Of a DNA stretch of 64,000 nt, positions 9,662 to 18,466 are shown in pieces. The position numbers were made by a program, and so were the translations under genes. Every line of letters starts with the position of its first letter. Position 1 is the first letter of the stretch. The DNA is from an uncultured Actinomycetes bacterium. Its GTDB lineage: Bacteria; Actinomycetota; Acidimicrobiia; Acidimicrobiales; CAVTQP01. The stretch covers positions 318,324 through 382,323 of the forward strand of contig CAVTQP010000001.1 of NCBI GenBank assembly GCA_963736925.1, written 5' to 3'. The notes under the pieces were generated by a model. That model had not been told where the DNA came from. It worked only from the letters and a program-made list of their open reading frames with translations, and searched no databases.

Positions 9662-10303
9662 TCAGCCGGAACGGTGCAGCGAGTCGCCAAGGGTCCTGCA
9701 CAAGACCTCGGCAAGCAGGCGCTCCCTGACCGTGAGCGGGCTTCCACGTCGTCCGAGCACGTACAGGCCCCGCGATCTGTCTTGTTGTCCGGTCGGCAAC
9801 GACAGGCAGCCCATGCCCTCGGCTAGCGCTCGAGGGCCGTACATCTTCTTCTGGAAGAGACGCTCCACGGCCTCTGAGACCGAAAAGGCGTCCGCGGGGG
9901 CTCGGAGGAGGGCTTGGGAGACTCGCAGGTGGACCTGGAGGGGGTTGCCCTGCCTCTGGTACGCCAGAGCCGCAAGGTCTAGCTGGAAGGCGCGCTGCAG
10001 GACCTCCAAGCCCACGAAGGCCGACTCGTCTTGGCGCAGCCTTGGGCGCTCCGCCTCGTTCTCATCGGTGTGTCCGGCGCCGACGGGCTCCCTGCTGTCG
10101 GGGATCAGGGAGCGGAGGGCCGGGTTGGCCTCGGCCGGGGCCTCGGTGTCCTGGGGCGCCAGGAGGTTGGCCAGCCTCGTACCGAGTCCCCGCTGCCGTT
10201 GGACGGGTGTCCGCCGGGACTCTGCATTCACCTCGCCGGCGTCCCGTAGATGTTCAGCCGCACTGTCGTGCTCTCTCACCGGCGTACCCCCAAACTGGGA
10301 CAA
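9662..10303 (-). CDS. Hypothetical protein with a possible GAF-like C-terminal domain
   Basis: Fills the gap and is co-oriented with the sulfotransferase; the C-terminus GLYVLGRRGSPLTVRERLLAEVL resembles the end of a GAF domain. Confidence 0.55.
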   Translation of the reverse strand: MSQFGGTPVREHDSAAEHLRDAGEVNAESRRTPVQRQRGLGTRLANLLAPQDTEAPAEANPALRSLIPDSREPVGAGHTDENEAERPRLRQDESAFVGLEVLQRAFQLDLAALAYQRQGNPLQVHLRVSQALLRAPADAFSVSEAVERLFQKKMYGPRALAEGMGCLSLPTGQQDRSRGLYVLGRRGSPLTVRERLLAEVLCRTLGDSLHRSG

Positions 10304-10425
10304 AAGCGGAACGAATGCAAAACGCTCCCCTCGATGACCAGCCAGCTTAGAGTGACCTGACCCTCAAGTTGAGGAGCAGCGGTCTACCCTCGTCGCGTGC
10401 GCATTCCAGCAGGGGAGGGGCTGGG

Positions 10426-11598
10426 TTGAACCTCCTCGACATCCTGCTCGTGGTCATCGCAGTCGCTTCGGCAGTTCAAGGGCTGCGTCTCGGAGCGGCC
10501 ATACAGGTGATGTCCTTCGGGGGGTTCTGGCTGGGTCTGCTGATAGGGGTGCTCCTGGTTCCCCCCGCCGCTCGGCTGGTCTCCAGCCCGGTCGCCAAGA
10601 CGGCCGTGTCGCTCGTGATCCTGTTCGGCACCGCCCTTTTGCTCGGCACCTTCGGAAGGCAGGTGGGAGTGCGGCTTTGGAGGATGATCCAGCGCGCACG
10701 GCTGGCCTCGGCCGACGCCGGCCTGGGCGCGTTGGTCGCCGTGGCGGCCAGCCTTCTGGCCGCGTGGATGGTGGCCAGCATTCTGGTCAACTCGTCGACT
10801 CAGACGATCAGCTCGCAGATACAAGGCTCGGCGATCCTGAAGACCCTCGACCGGCTCCTCCCTCCTGCACCTTCGGTCTTTTCTCGAATCCAGAGCTTCA
10901 TCAACTCCCAGGGCTTCCCGCAGGTGTTCGCCCAGCTGGCCCCCGAGTCAGCGGGCCCGGTACCGCTGCCTGACTCCGCCCAGGTCCAGCAGGCTGCGGC
11001 GGCGGCCGCTGCATCCACGGTGAAGATCAGAGGTCAGGGGTGTGGGCAGATCCAAGAGGGATCCGGGTTCGTGGTGGGGCCGGGGCTGGTGGTCACCAAC
11101 GCGCACGTGGTGGCAGGCATCGCCCAACCAGTCGTGATCGACCAGGCCGGGGACAGTGTCCGCGCGGTGGCCGTGCTGTTCGATCCCCAGTACGACCTGG
11201 CGGTTCTGAAGACACGGACTCTCAGCTTGCGAGCCTTGGCGCTCGACCCCAACCAGGAGTCGCGTGGCGTACAGGGTGCGGTGCTCGGCTATCCCGAGAA
11301 CGGTACCTTCAGTGCCGTTCCCGCCGGTGTTACCGCCACATTCGAAGCCCAGGGCCGCGACATCTACGGACAGGGTCTCACCCTTCGTCCCGTGTACGAG
11401 CTGTTGGCCACCGTCCTTCCGGGCAACTCCGGTGGACCACTGGTGCTGCCCAACGGGCAGGTGATCGGTGTGGTCTTCTCGCGATCCTCGTCGAATCCCG
11501 ACATCGGCTACGCCCTGGAGTCGCCCGACGTCCTCACCCGGGTCAGCCAGGCGCGAGCCGCCCAGGTTCCCAGCGGGACCGGCTCGTGCACGAGCTGA
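10426..11598 (+). CDS. marP: MarP family membrane serine protease (CvpA TM domain + trypsin domain)
   Basis: MNLLDILLVVI N-terminus, 4 TM, TNAHVV / DLAVL / GNSGGP catalytic triad, two Cys for the MarP disulfide. Confidence 0.92.
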   Translation: MNLLDILLVVIAVASAVQGLRLGAAIQVMSFGGFWLGLLIGVLLVPPAARLVSSPVAKTAVSLVILFGTALLLGTFGRQVGVRLWRMIQRARLASADAGLGALVAVAASLLAAWMVASILVNSSTQTISSQIQGSAILKTLDRLLPPAPSVFSRIQSFINSQGFPQVFAQLAPESAGPVPLPDSAQVQQAAAAAAASTVKIRGQGCGQIQEGSGFVVGPGLVVTNAHVVAGIAQPVVIDQAGDSVRAVAVLFDPQYDLAVLKTRTLSLRALALDPNQESRGVQGAVLGYPENGTFSAVPAGVTATFEAQGRDIYGQGLTLRPVYELLATVLPGNSGGPLVLPNGQVIGVVFSRSSSNPDIGYALESPDVLTRVSQARAAQVPSGTGSCTS

Positions 11599-11620
11599 TG
11601 TCGCTTGGCTCGGTGCTCCG

Positions 11621-11695
11621 CCCACAGAGTAAGCACCCACAGAGTAAGCACCCACAGAGTAAGCACCCACAGAGTAAGCACCCACAGAGTAAGCA
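11621..11695 (+). repeat. Perfect tandem repeat (CCCACAGAGTAAGCA)x5
   Basis: Five exact 15-bp copies between marP and the GH15 gene. Confidence 0.97.
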
Positions 11696-11703
11696 TTGAG
11701 ACC

Positions 11704-13554
11704 TTGAACCTTCGCATCGAAGACTACGGTCTGATCGGGGACCTTCATACCTCGGCCCTGGTCGGGCTAGACGGCTCGATCGACTGGCTTTGCCTTCCAC
11801 GCTTCGACTCGGCGGCCTGCTTCGCGAATCTTCTCGGGAACAAGCAAAACGGACGGTGGCGTATAGCGCCGAAGGGTGAGATCAAGAGCGTGCGTCGCCG
11901 CTACCGGGGTGACTCGCTGGTGCTCGAGACGGAGTTCCAAACCACCGAGGGTCGGGTTCGCGTGGTTGACTGCATGCCGGCCCGCGAGAAGTACCCCGAG
12001 GTCGCCCGGCTCGTCCAAGGTGTGAGCGGCAAGGTCACCATGCGGATGGAGCTGATAATCCGCTTTGACTACGGCTCGGTGCTTCCTTGGGGCCAGCGCA
12101 ACGACGGTCTGCTGACCTTCACTGCCGGACCGGACACACTCCAGCTGTGGACCGAGCTCCCCACCCGCGGAGAGAACATGACCACCGTCGTCGACTTCAC
12201 CGTGGGGCAAGGACAGTACAGGACATTCGCCCTTGGCTGGCACCCTTCACACGAAGAGATCTGCCGCCCCGTGGACGTTCGCTACATCGTGGACGAGACC
12301 GAGAGATGGTGGCAGGAATGGGCGGACAAGTGCACATACCACGGCGAGTTTCGAGATGCCGTCGTGCGGTCCCTTCTCACGCTGAAGGCCCTCACCTACG
12401 CGCCGACCGGCGGGATCGTGGCCGCCGCCACCACCTCCCTGCCTGAGCAGCTCGGGGGGGTTCGCAACTGGGACTACAGGTTCTGCTGGCTGCGCGACGC
12501 CACGCTGACGCTGAACGCGTTGATGGTCGCCGGCTACCACGAGGAAGCCAGCGCTTGGCGAGACTGGTTGCTACGCGCCGTCGCCGGGAACCCCGCCGAC
12601 CTCCAGATCATGTACGGGCCCGCCGGGGAGCGACGCTTGGAGGAGATGAATCTCAACTGGCTCAACGGGTACGAAGGATCTTGTCCCGTTCGAGCGGGCA
12701 ACGCCGCGGCAGACCAGTACCAGTTGGATGTTTACGGAGAGGTGATGAACGCGCTTCACCAAGCCCGCGCCGAGGGTATGGGCGATGCCGTGATCCAGGG
12801 GGACCCGGCCTGGTCCCTTCAGACGAAGCTGATCGACTTTCTCGAGACGGGCTGGAAGGAACCCGACGACGGGATCTGGGAGGTGCGGGGTCCCCGTCAG
12901 CACTTCACCCACTCCAAGGTCATGGCCTGGGTGGCGGTTGACCGGGCAGTAAAAGAGATCGAACAGTTCGGGCTCGAAGGTCCGCTGGACCGCTGGAAGG
13001 CATTACGGCAAGAAATTCACACGGAAGTGTGCTCGAAGGGATTTGACGCCGACAAGAACAGCTTCACGCAGTACTACGGATCTCCTGGCCTGGATGCGAG
13101 CCTGCTGATGATCCCTCTGGTCGACTTCCTGCCGGCCACCGACAAGCGGATGCAGGGGACGGTCGATGCCATAAGGCGTGAGCTGTTGAGCGGTGGATTC
13201 GTTCTCAGGTACGAGCCTCAGGGCCCCGACAACGTGGACGGCCTTCCGGGTACCGAGGGGGCGTTTCTGGCCTGCTCGTTCTGGCTGGCGGACAACTTGT
13301 CGCTGATGGGCCGTCACGACGAGGCGAGGGCGATGTTCGCCAAGCTGCTCAACATCCGTAACGATCTCGGCCTGCTCTCAGAGGAGTATGACGTGATCTC
13401 CAAGCGGCTCGTCGGCAACTTCCCACAGGCGTTCTCCCATGTTTCGCTGGTCAACGCGGCGCTGTTGATCTCCGGTACCCCCGACGAACCGCGGTCCAGG
13501 GCCGGTCGACACGGACGGGTCGCCAGGACACCTGGCAAGGGGCGTTCCAAGTAG
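11704..13554 (+). CDS. Glycoside hydrolase family 15 (trehalase/glucoamylase-like)
   Basis: RIEDYGLIGD, RNWDYRFCWLRD, DDGIWEVRG, GLLSEEYD, GNFPQAFSH. TTG 11704 fits the usual family start. Confidence 0.95.
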   Translation: MNLRIEDYGLIGDLHTSALVGLDGSIDWLCLPRFDSAACFANLLGNKQNGRWRIAPKGEIKSVRRRYRGDSLVLETEFQTTEGRVRVVDCMPAREKYPEVARLVQGVSGKVTMRMELIIRFDYGSVLPWGQRNDGLLTFTAGPDTLQLWTELPTRGENMTTVVDFTVGQGQYRTFALGWHPSHEEICRPVDVRYIVDETERWWQEWADKCTYHGEFRDAVVRSLLTLKALTYAPTGGIVAAATTSLPEQLGGVRNWDYRFCWLRDATLTLNALMVAGYHEEASAWRDWLLRAVAGNPADLQIMYGPAGERRLEEMNLNWLNGYEGSCPVRAGNAAADQYQLDVYGEVMNALHQARAEGMGDAVIQGDPAWSLQTKLIDFLETGWKEPDDGIWEVRGPRQHFTHSKVMAWVAVDRAVKEIEQFGLEGPLDRWKALRQEIHTEVCSKGFDADKNSFTQYYGSPGLDASLLMIPLVDFLPATDKRMQGTVDAIRRELLSGGFVLRYEPQGPDNVDGLPGTEGAFLACSFWLADNLSLMGRHDEARAMFAKLLNIRNDLGLLSEEYDVISKRLVGNFPQAFSHVSLVNAALLISGTPDEPRSRAGRHGRVARTPGKGRSK

Positions 13555-13564
13555 GGTCGGTTCG

Positions 13565-14491
13565 ATGGCCACGACGATCGGGCCCGGAGTGCGGGAGTTG
13601 GACACGCTGCTGGGCGGATGGGACCGCGTGACTGCCGGGTATCTCATCGAAGGGCGCTCGCCTGTCCTGGTGGAGACCGGGAGCCAGAGCTCCGCTCCGA
13701 TTCTGCTGGCCGCTTTGCAGGAGCTGGGGGTAGGACCCGGCGACCTTTCGGCGGTAGTGGTCACCCACATCCATCTCGACCACGCCGGAGCGGTGGGTGA
13801 CGTGGCGCGGGCGTTCCCTGAGGCCACCGTCTACGTGCACGAGAAGGGTGCCAGGCACCTGGCCGATCCCGCCCGGCTGGTCGACTCGGCCGCGCGGGTG
13901 TACGGCGATCTTCTCGACTCTCTCTACGGGCGACTCGACGCGACCCCGGCCGAGCGCATCTGTGTCCTTGGAGACGGAGAAAGGCTCGAGGTCGACGCTG
14001 GCCGCTCGTTGACCGCGATCGATTCGCCCGGACATGCCAAGCACCATCTCGGCCTCCACGATTCGACCAGCGGGATACTCTTCGCGGGTGATGCCGTCGG
14101 GGTGCGATTGCCTGACGCCGGCGTACTGAGGCCTTCCACCCCTCCTCCCGACTTCGACCTAGATCAGGCGCTGCAATCACTGAAGCGTTTTAGGGACCGG
14201 CGACCGGCCGGGATCGCGCTGGCCCACTACGGCCTCTTGAACGAGCCTCTTGGTTTGCTAGAGGAGGCAGAGGGCACGCTGCGGGCGTGGGCGCAAGAGG
14301 CCGAGCGGGCATGGAGGTCGGGACGTGACATCGCCGAGGCGTTGAGCCAGGCGTTTGCACACGATCTCGCCGGGGTCGAGTCGGCTCAGCGGGAGAAGCT
14401 GGAGACCCTGAACGGGGTCCATTCGAACGCGGCAGGCTTTCAGCGCTGGCTCGAGAAGAGGTCAGCCGCCGACCGCGTATCGCAGGCCTGA
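13565..14491 (+). CDS. MBL-fold metallo-hydrolase
   Basis: THIHLDHAG, PGHAKHH, FAGDA, AHYG. Confidence 0.93.
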   Translation: MATTIGPGVRELDTLLGGWDRVTAGYLIEGRSPVLVETGSQSSAPILLAALQELGVGPGDLSAVVVTHIHLDHAGAVGDVARAFPEATVYVHEKGARHLADPARLVDSAARVYGDLLDSLYGRLDATPAERICVLGDGERLEVDAGRSLTAIDSPGHAKHHLGLHDSTSGILFAGDAVGVRLPDAGVLRPSTPPPDFDLDQALQSLKRFRDRRPAGIALAHYGLLNEPLGLLEEAEGTLRAWAQEAERAWRSGRDIAEALSQAFAHDLAGVESAQREKLETLNGVHSNAAGFQRWLEKRSAADRVSQA

Positions 14492-14530
14492 TCTTCCGTA
14501 CGAGGCGGTGGACCTGCCAGGATAAGGCCC

Positions 14531-14899
14531 ATGGCGCGGACCCGGTTGCTGCTCGCCGCCGTCACGCTGGCGTTGTCGATGGACGCCGCTTGTGCCGGGC
14601 CAAACCTTCCCTACCAGCCCTCGTCAGCGCCGTCGGCGGATTCGTCCTCCGCACCGGTTGGCGCGGTGGTCACGCTCCAGAACGTCAGCTTCGTGCCGTC
14701 TGTCGTGAACATCGTGGCGGGTCAGGCGGTCGAGTGGAGGTGGGCGGACGGCGGGATTCCCCACAATGTCACTTTTGCGGCTTTCCACAGCGACACCCGC
14801 ACGACCGGGAGGTTCTTCCATACCTTCGCAGTGCACGGGAGGTACGAGTACCGTTGCACGATCCACGGGACCATGTTCGGGACGGTGGTAGTTCGCTGA
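14531..14899 (+). CDS. Exported cupredoxin (type-1 blue copper, amicyanin/plastocyanin-like)
   Basis: Signal peptide; HNVTF and CTIHGTM copper ligands. Confidence 0.88.
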   Translation: MARTRLLLAAVTLALSMDAACAGPNLPYQPSSAPSADSSSAPVGAVVTLQNVSFVPSVVNIVAGQAVEWRWADGGIPHNVTFAAFHSDTRTTGRFFHTFAVHGRYEYRCTIHGTMFGTVVVR

Positions 14900-14915
14900 A
14901 CGTCGGGTCGCATTC

Positions 14916-15584
14916 TCAGCCGGCCGTATGGGGACGGGCTTTGATTTCGTACGAGCACATGTGTGCCCCCGCAATCATGTGTGTGACGCGCTCGACCGTT
15001 GCTTCGGGGAGGGCCTCACGGAGAAAAGCGATCTCACTGGTGCAGGCCTGGCCGTACCGGGTGGCCACGCCGAGAATGGCGCAGTTGTGCTCGGTCACCC
15101 GCCAGAAGCCGTCCCCGACCCGTTCGGCCTCGGCAAGGTAGCCGTCCTCGTCGAGGATCCTTGTGAGTTCCTCCACCTTGCCGTCGAAGGATCTCCCTTC
15201 TAGTCGAGCCAGCGCAGCCGTCGCGCGTCGCTCCCTCCGCCTTTCGAATGCAGCCGGCACCAACTCGGGCCCACCCTCCTCCAGGTATCCGAGCAGCTCG
15301 TTGGTCAGGTCGCTGTATCGCTTCGGGAACAGGATCTCGGCGGCCGCGGTGAGGACGTATCGGTTGGTAGGTCTTCCTGGGCCCTCTGGTTGGGGTTGGT
15401 GCCTCACCAGGCCCTCAGACTCCAGCACGGTCAGGTGTCGTCTCACGGCCGGCGCCGTGATCCTCAAGTTCGTCGACAACTCGGCGACCGATGCCTCGCC
15501 TCTCCTCTTTAGGGTCTCGACGATCTGGCGCCTCGTCGTGGGAAGAGCGGCCAAGCTCACTTCTATGCCCGGGGTTTTCGCCAA
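14916..15584 (-). CDS. SufR-like winged-HTH regulator with a C-terminal 3-Cys domain
   Basis: TRRQIVETLK...AVRRHLTVLESEGLV...GPGRPTNRY; EHNCAI, ACTSEIAF, MCSY. Start taken as TTG 15584. Confidence 0.87.
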   Translation of the reverse strand: MAKTPGIEVSLAALPTTRRQIVETLKRRGEASVAELSTNLRITAPAVRRHLTVLESEGLVRHQPQPEGPGRPTNRYVLTAAAEILFPKRYSDLTNELLGYLEEGGPELVPAAFERRRERRATAALARLEGRSFDGKVEELTRILDEDGYLAEAERVGDGFWRVTEHNCAILGVATRYGQACTSEIAFLREALPEATVERVTHMIAGAHMCSYEIKARPHTAG

Positions 15585-15595
15585 CGCAGACTCTC

Positions 15596-16711
15596 TCAGG
15601 GGAGGATGAGGTTCACATCGCCGAACTCGTGCCACAGATAGCCTTCTTCGAGCGCCGCCTGGTAGGAGCTCTCGAGAAGCGCACGGCCTCCGACTGCTTC
15701 GAGGACAGCAAGATGCGAGGCTCCGGGTTCGTGCCATCCCGTGAGAAGTCCGTCGACTAGGCGCACACCTCGTTCGGAGGTGATGATTGTCTCGGTCCAT
15801 CCCTCGCCGGAATGGGCACGGGCCCTCTCGTCGGCAACAGTTTCCAGAGCGCGCACCACCGTGGTTCCCACTGCTACGACCCTTCCGCCCTGGGCCCGGG
15901 TGTCATTGACCCGATGGGCCGTGGTCGAGGGCACCCGGTAGTACTCGGCATAGGGAGCCTCTCCCTCCTCCAGCGACGAGACACCCGTATGAAGTATCAC
16001 CGGTGCCACCCCAACACCATATGACACCAACCTTGTGATGACCTCGGGGGTGAAAGGACGACCGGCACTGGGCATCTCAGCACTGCCAGGCTCGTTTGCG
16101 TAGACGTTCTGGTAAGACGACAGGGGCCAGTCCCGGGCCACGTAGCCGTAGCGAATGGGCCGTCCATGGACAGCCAGATACGTGAGCAAGGGCTTGGGCA
16201 GGTCGATGGTGGCCACCCAGAGCCTTCCCGCCGACGGTCCGTAAGGAGCCAGCAACTCGGCTCCGGCGCCACCGGGGAGATCCAAGTGCCAGCCGGCTCT
16301 TGCACCCCCGAACGGCTCAGTTCCGTCGGAGTCGTGCCCCGGGCGGGCACGTCTGCGCATCTCGACGGACCACAGCCCCGCGGGAAGCCTCGTTGACAGA
16401 TGTAGCACCACCGGCACGCCCCCGGGGGCTGTTGCGTCCACAGCGGCCGGCAGGGTGCCGGAGGTGTTCACCACCGTCAGGTCACCCGGCTGCAGGAACG
16501 ACACGATCTCCCCGAAGGTCGTATGCACCAGGCGAAGGTCCGATCGGTACCCGACCAACATGCGGACGGCGTCGCGTGTGATGCCTCGTGCCTCTGGTGG
16601 GACACCCGCCTCGAGGTGGGTGGGAAGCGGGAACCGGAAGGCATGCGGGGCGACGAGATCGGACCCACCGGAGGCGGCGAGCGTGTCGGCCGCGGGGACC
16701 GGGGCCGTCAT
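15596..16711 (-). CDS. QueA-family protein (divergent SAM:tRNA ribosyltransferase-isomerase homolog)
   Basis: LQPGDLTVVNTS, YQNVYA..PGSAEMPSAGRPFT, VAVGTTVVRALE, GLLTGWHEP, YLWHEFGD. Confidence 0.88.
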   Translation of the reverse strand: MTAPVPAADTLAASGGSDLVAPHAFRFPLPTHLEAGVPPEARGITRDAVRMLVGYRSDLRLVHTTFGEIVSFLQPGDLTVVNTSGTLPAAVDATAPGGVPVVLHLSTRLPAGLWSVEMRRRARPGHDSDGTEPFGGARAGWHLDLPGGAGAELLAPYGPSAGRLWVATIDLPKPLLTYLAVHGRPIRYGYVARDWPLSSYQNVYANEPGSAEMPSAGRPFTPEVITRLVSYGVGVAPVILHTGVSSLEEGEAPYAEYYRVPSTTAHRVNDTRAQGGRVVAVGTTVVRALETVADERARAHSGEGWTETIITSERGVRLVDGLLTGWHEPGASHLAVLEAVGGRALLESSYQAALEEGYLWHEFGDVNLILP

Positions 16712-17406
16712 GACGACGACACCGCCGCCAGCGTCTGAGCGCGGTAGCGGCCGCTCGGGAGGGACCCCGTTATCAATTGCACCAAGCCGGGAACGGCCGC
16801 CTCGGGGGGTGGGCGGTCGGAAATGTCCTCGTCCGGGAAGGCTGCTTGGTGCATCTGCGTGTGCATGTCACCTGGATCGACGGTATAGACGCGGAGTTGG
16901 GGGTGCTCTGCAGCGAGAACCTTCGTAACCTGTTCCAACGCGGCTTTGGAAGAGCCGTAGCCCCCCCAGCCCTCGTAGGCCTCGACGGCCGCGTCTGAGG
17001 TGACGTTGACTATCCGTCCTACCGAGGCCTGGATGAGCGGCAGTGCCAACTGCACCAAGGCGATAGGAGCAAAGGTGTTTACCTTGAAGACTCCCTCGAG
17101 CACCTCTAAGGGATACGACGCCAGCTCTGGCTGGGGACTCGGACCCAGGAGGCTTGCATTGTTGACCAGCACGTCGAGACGTCCGGTCTCTGATGCTGCA
17201 TCTATGAGTGCCTTGCGGTGCGCAGGGTCGGCTACGTCGCCGGCCAACGCCCGGACACCACCCGGTCCGCCCAGGCTGGCGCTGGCTGCGGCCAGGGCAC
17301 GTGCGTCGCGGCCGTCGACGATCAGATCCCAGCCCTTTCCGGCGAGCTCCCTGGCCAGGGCCAAGCCCAGTCCCCTTGATCCACCCGTGATCAGCGCAGT
17401 TGCCAT
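16708..17406 (-). CDS. SDR family oxidoreductase
   Basis: TGGSRGLG, NNAS, YGSSK; 4-bp ATGA overlap with the QueA-like gene. Confidence 0.95.
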   Translation of the reverse strand: MATALITGGSRGLGLALARELAGKGWDLIVDGRDARALAAASASLGGPGGVRALAGDVADPAHRKALIDAASETGRLDVLVNNASLLGPSPQPELASYPLEVLEGVFKVNTFAPIALVQLALPLIQASVGRIVNVTSDAAVEAYEGWGGYGSSKAALEQVTKVLAAEHPQLRVYTVDPGDMHTQMHQAAFPDEDISDRPPPEAAVPGLVQLITGSLPSGRYRAQTLAAVSSS

Positions 17407-17445
17407 TACCGCCCTCCGATCCCATTGCCCCGGGGTCGCACTCGG

Positions 17446-17496
17446 CTCTTGCTGATAATAAGAAAGATATTCGTTTCTTTATTCCGATGGCAAGCG
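17446..17496 (-). promoter_or_regulatory. Sigma-A-type promoter overlapped by an AT-rich imperfect palindrome
   Basis: Minus strand TTGCCA(17493-17488)-18 bp-TATCTT(17469-17464); arms AATAAGAAA / TTTCTTTATT, with outer CTTGC / GCAAG. Confidence 0.6.
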
Positions 17497-17595
17497 CTCA
17501 CTCGCCGATGGATCGGAATCGGCAGCTCGAGCGCTGGCTGACCTCCCAGAATTTTCCGCTGACTTACGAGAGCGGCACAGGAGCGGCGAACGGAG

Positions 17596-17684
17596 TGGCG
17601 GAGGGAGTGGGATTCGAACCCACGGTGCCACGAGGACACAACGGTTTTCGAGACCGTCCGATTCGGCCGCTCTCGCATCCCTCC
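17596..17684 (-). tRNA. tRNA-Ser(CGA)
   Basis: Cloverleaf with long variable arm; anticodon arm ACGGT-CT CGA AA-ACCGT; GGTTCGAATCC; encoded CCA. Confidence 0.97.
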
Positions 17685-17784
17685 AAAATGGCAAGCTAGC
17701 AGGTCAGACACTCCCGACCCGGTTGGTGTCCCCAGTGCTTGATCGGTGTGTGTCCTACGCCTCTCTTGAACCCCTGGGCGAGGG

Positions 17785-18273
17785 TCAGCCGACCCTCTTT
17801 TCAGAGAAGAAGGCCTGCAACAGGCCTGTCGATTCGTCTGCCATGAGCCCGGAGGTCACCTCCAGCTCATGGTTGAGTCGCGGATCCGCGCACAGGTTGT
17901 AGAGCGATCCGCATGCGCCCCCTTTGAGATCGGCGGCTGCGAACACCACCCGGCTCACCCGCGCCGCCACCAGAGCCCCGGCGCACATGGGGCATGGCTC
18001 CAGCGTGACCACGAGAGTGGCGTGAGAAAGTCGCCAGGTCGCCAGGCTCTCTGCTGCGGCGCGGAGGGCGAGCATCTCGGCATGGGCGCTTGGGTCCTGT
18101 CTCAGCTCCCTTTCGTTATGAGCCTTCGAAATCAACGCTCCTTCCGCCGAAACCACCGCGCCAACGGGCACGTCGCCGTGCGCCGAGGCCGCCTCGGCCT
18201 CTTGGAGGGCCAGCTCCATAAGGCCTCTATCGCTGGGCAAACCCCGGGAACCCCCTGTTGGCGACCTGCTCAT
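17785..18273 (-). CDS. tadA: tRNA adenosine(34) deaminase
   Basis: VPVGAVV, AHAEMLAL, TLEPCPMC, KGGACGS. Confidence 0.93.
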   Translation of the reverse strand: MSRSPTGGSRGLPSDRGLMELALQEAEAASAHGDVPVGAVVSAEGALISKAHNERELRQDPSAHAEMLALRAAAESLATWRLSHATLVVTLEPCPMCAGALVAARVSRVVFAAADLKGGACGSLYNLCADPRLNHELEVTSGLMADESTGLLQAFFSEKRVG

Positions 18274-18466
18274 CCGGGGTCACGCTAAGCGAGAGAATTG
18301 CGAATCGCCCGCATATGAGTGGTGAACGGGCAGAGTGGGCAACACGCTACTAGGTGTGACCACGACTGCTATGGCCTCGATTTGCATTTGCCAGAGGTGG
18401 CTCCCGTCCAGTTGGGCCGCTCCGGTACGGTGCAGGGATTCGGCAGGAGGCGTCGAAGGGGGGACC

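Noticed and set aside
11621-11695. 15-bp array as a CRISPR or iteron array
   Set aside because: Units are contiguous with no spacers and too short; no cas or rep gene is nearby.
14916-15800. Calling the regulator sufR and using the track start at 15800
   Set aside because: No suf genes are adjacent, and the extra N-terminal codons overlap the QueA-like gene off-frame.
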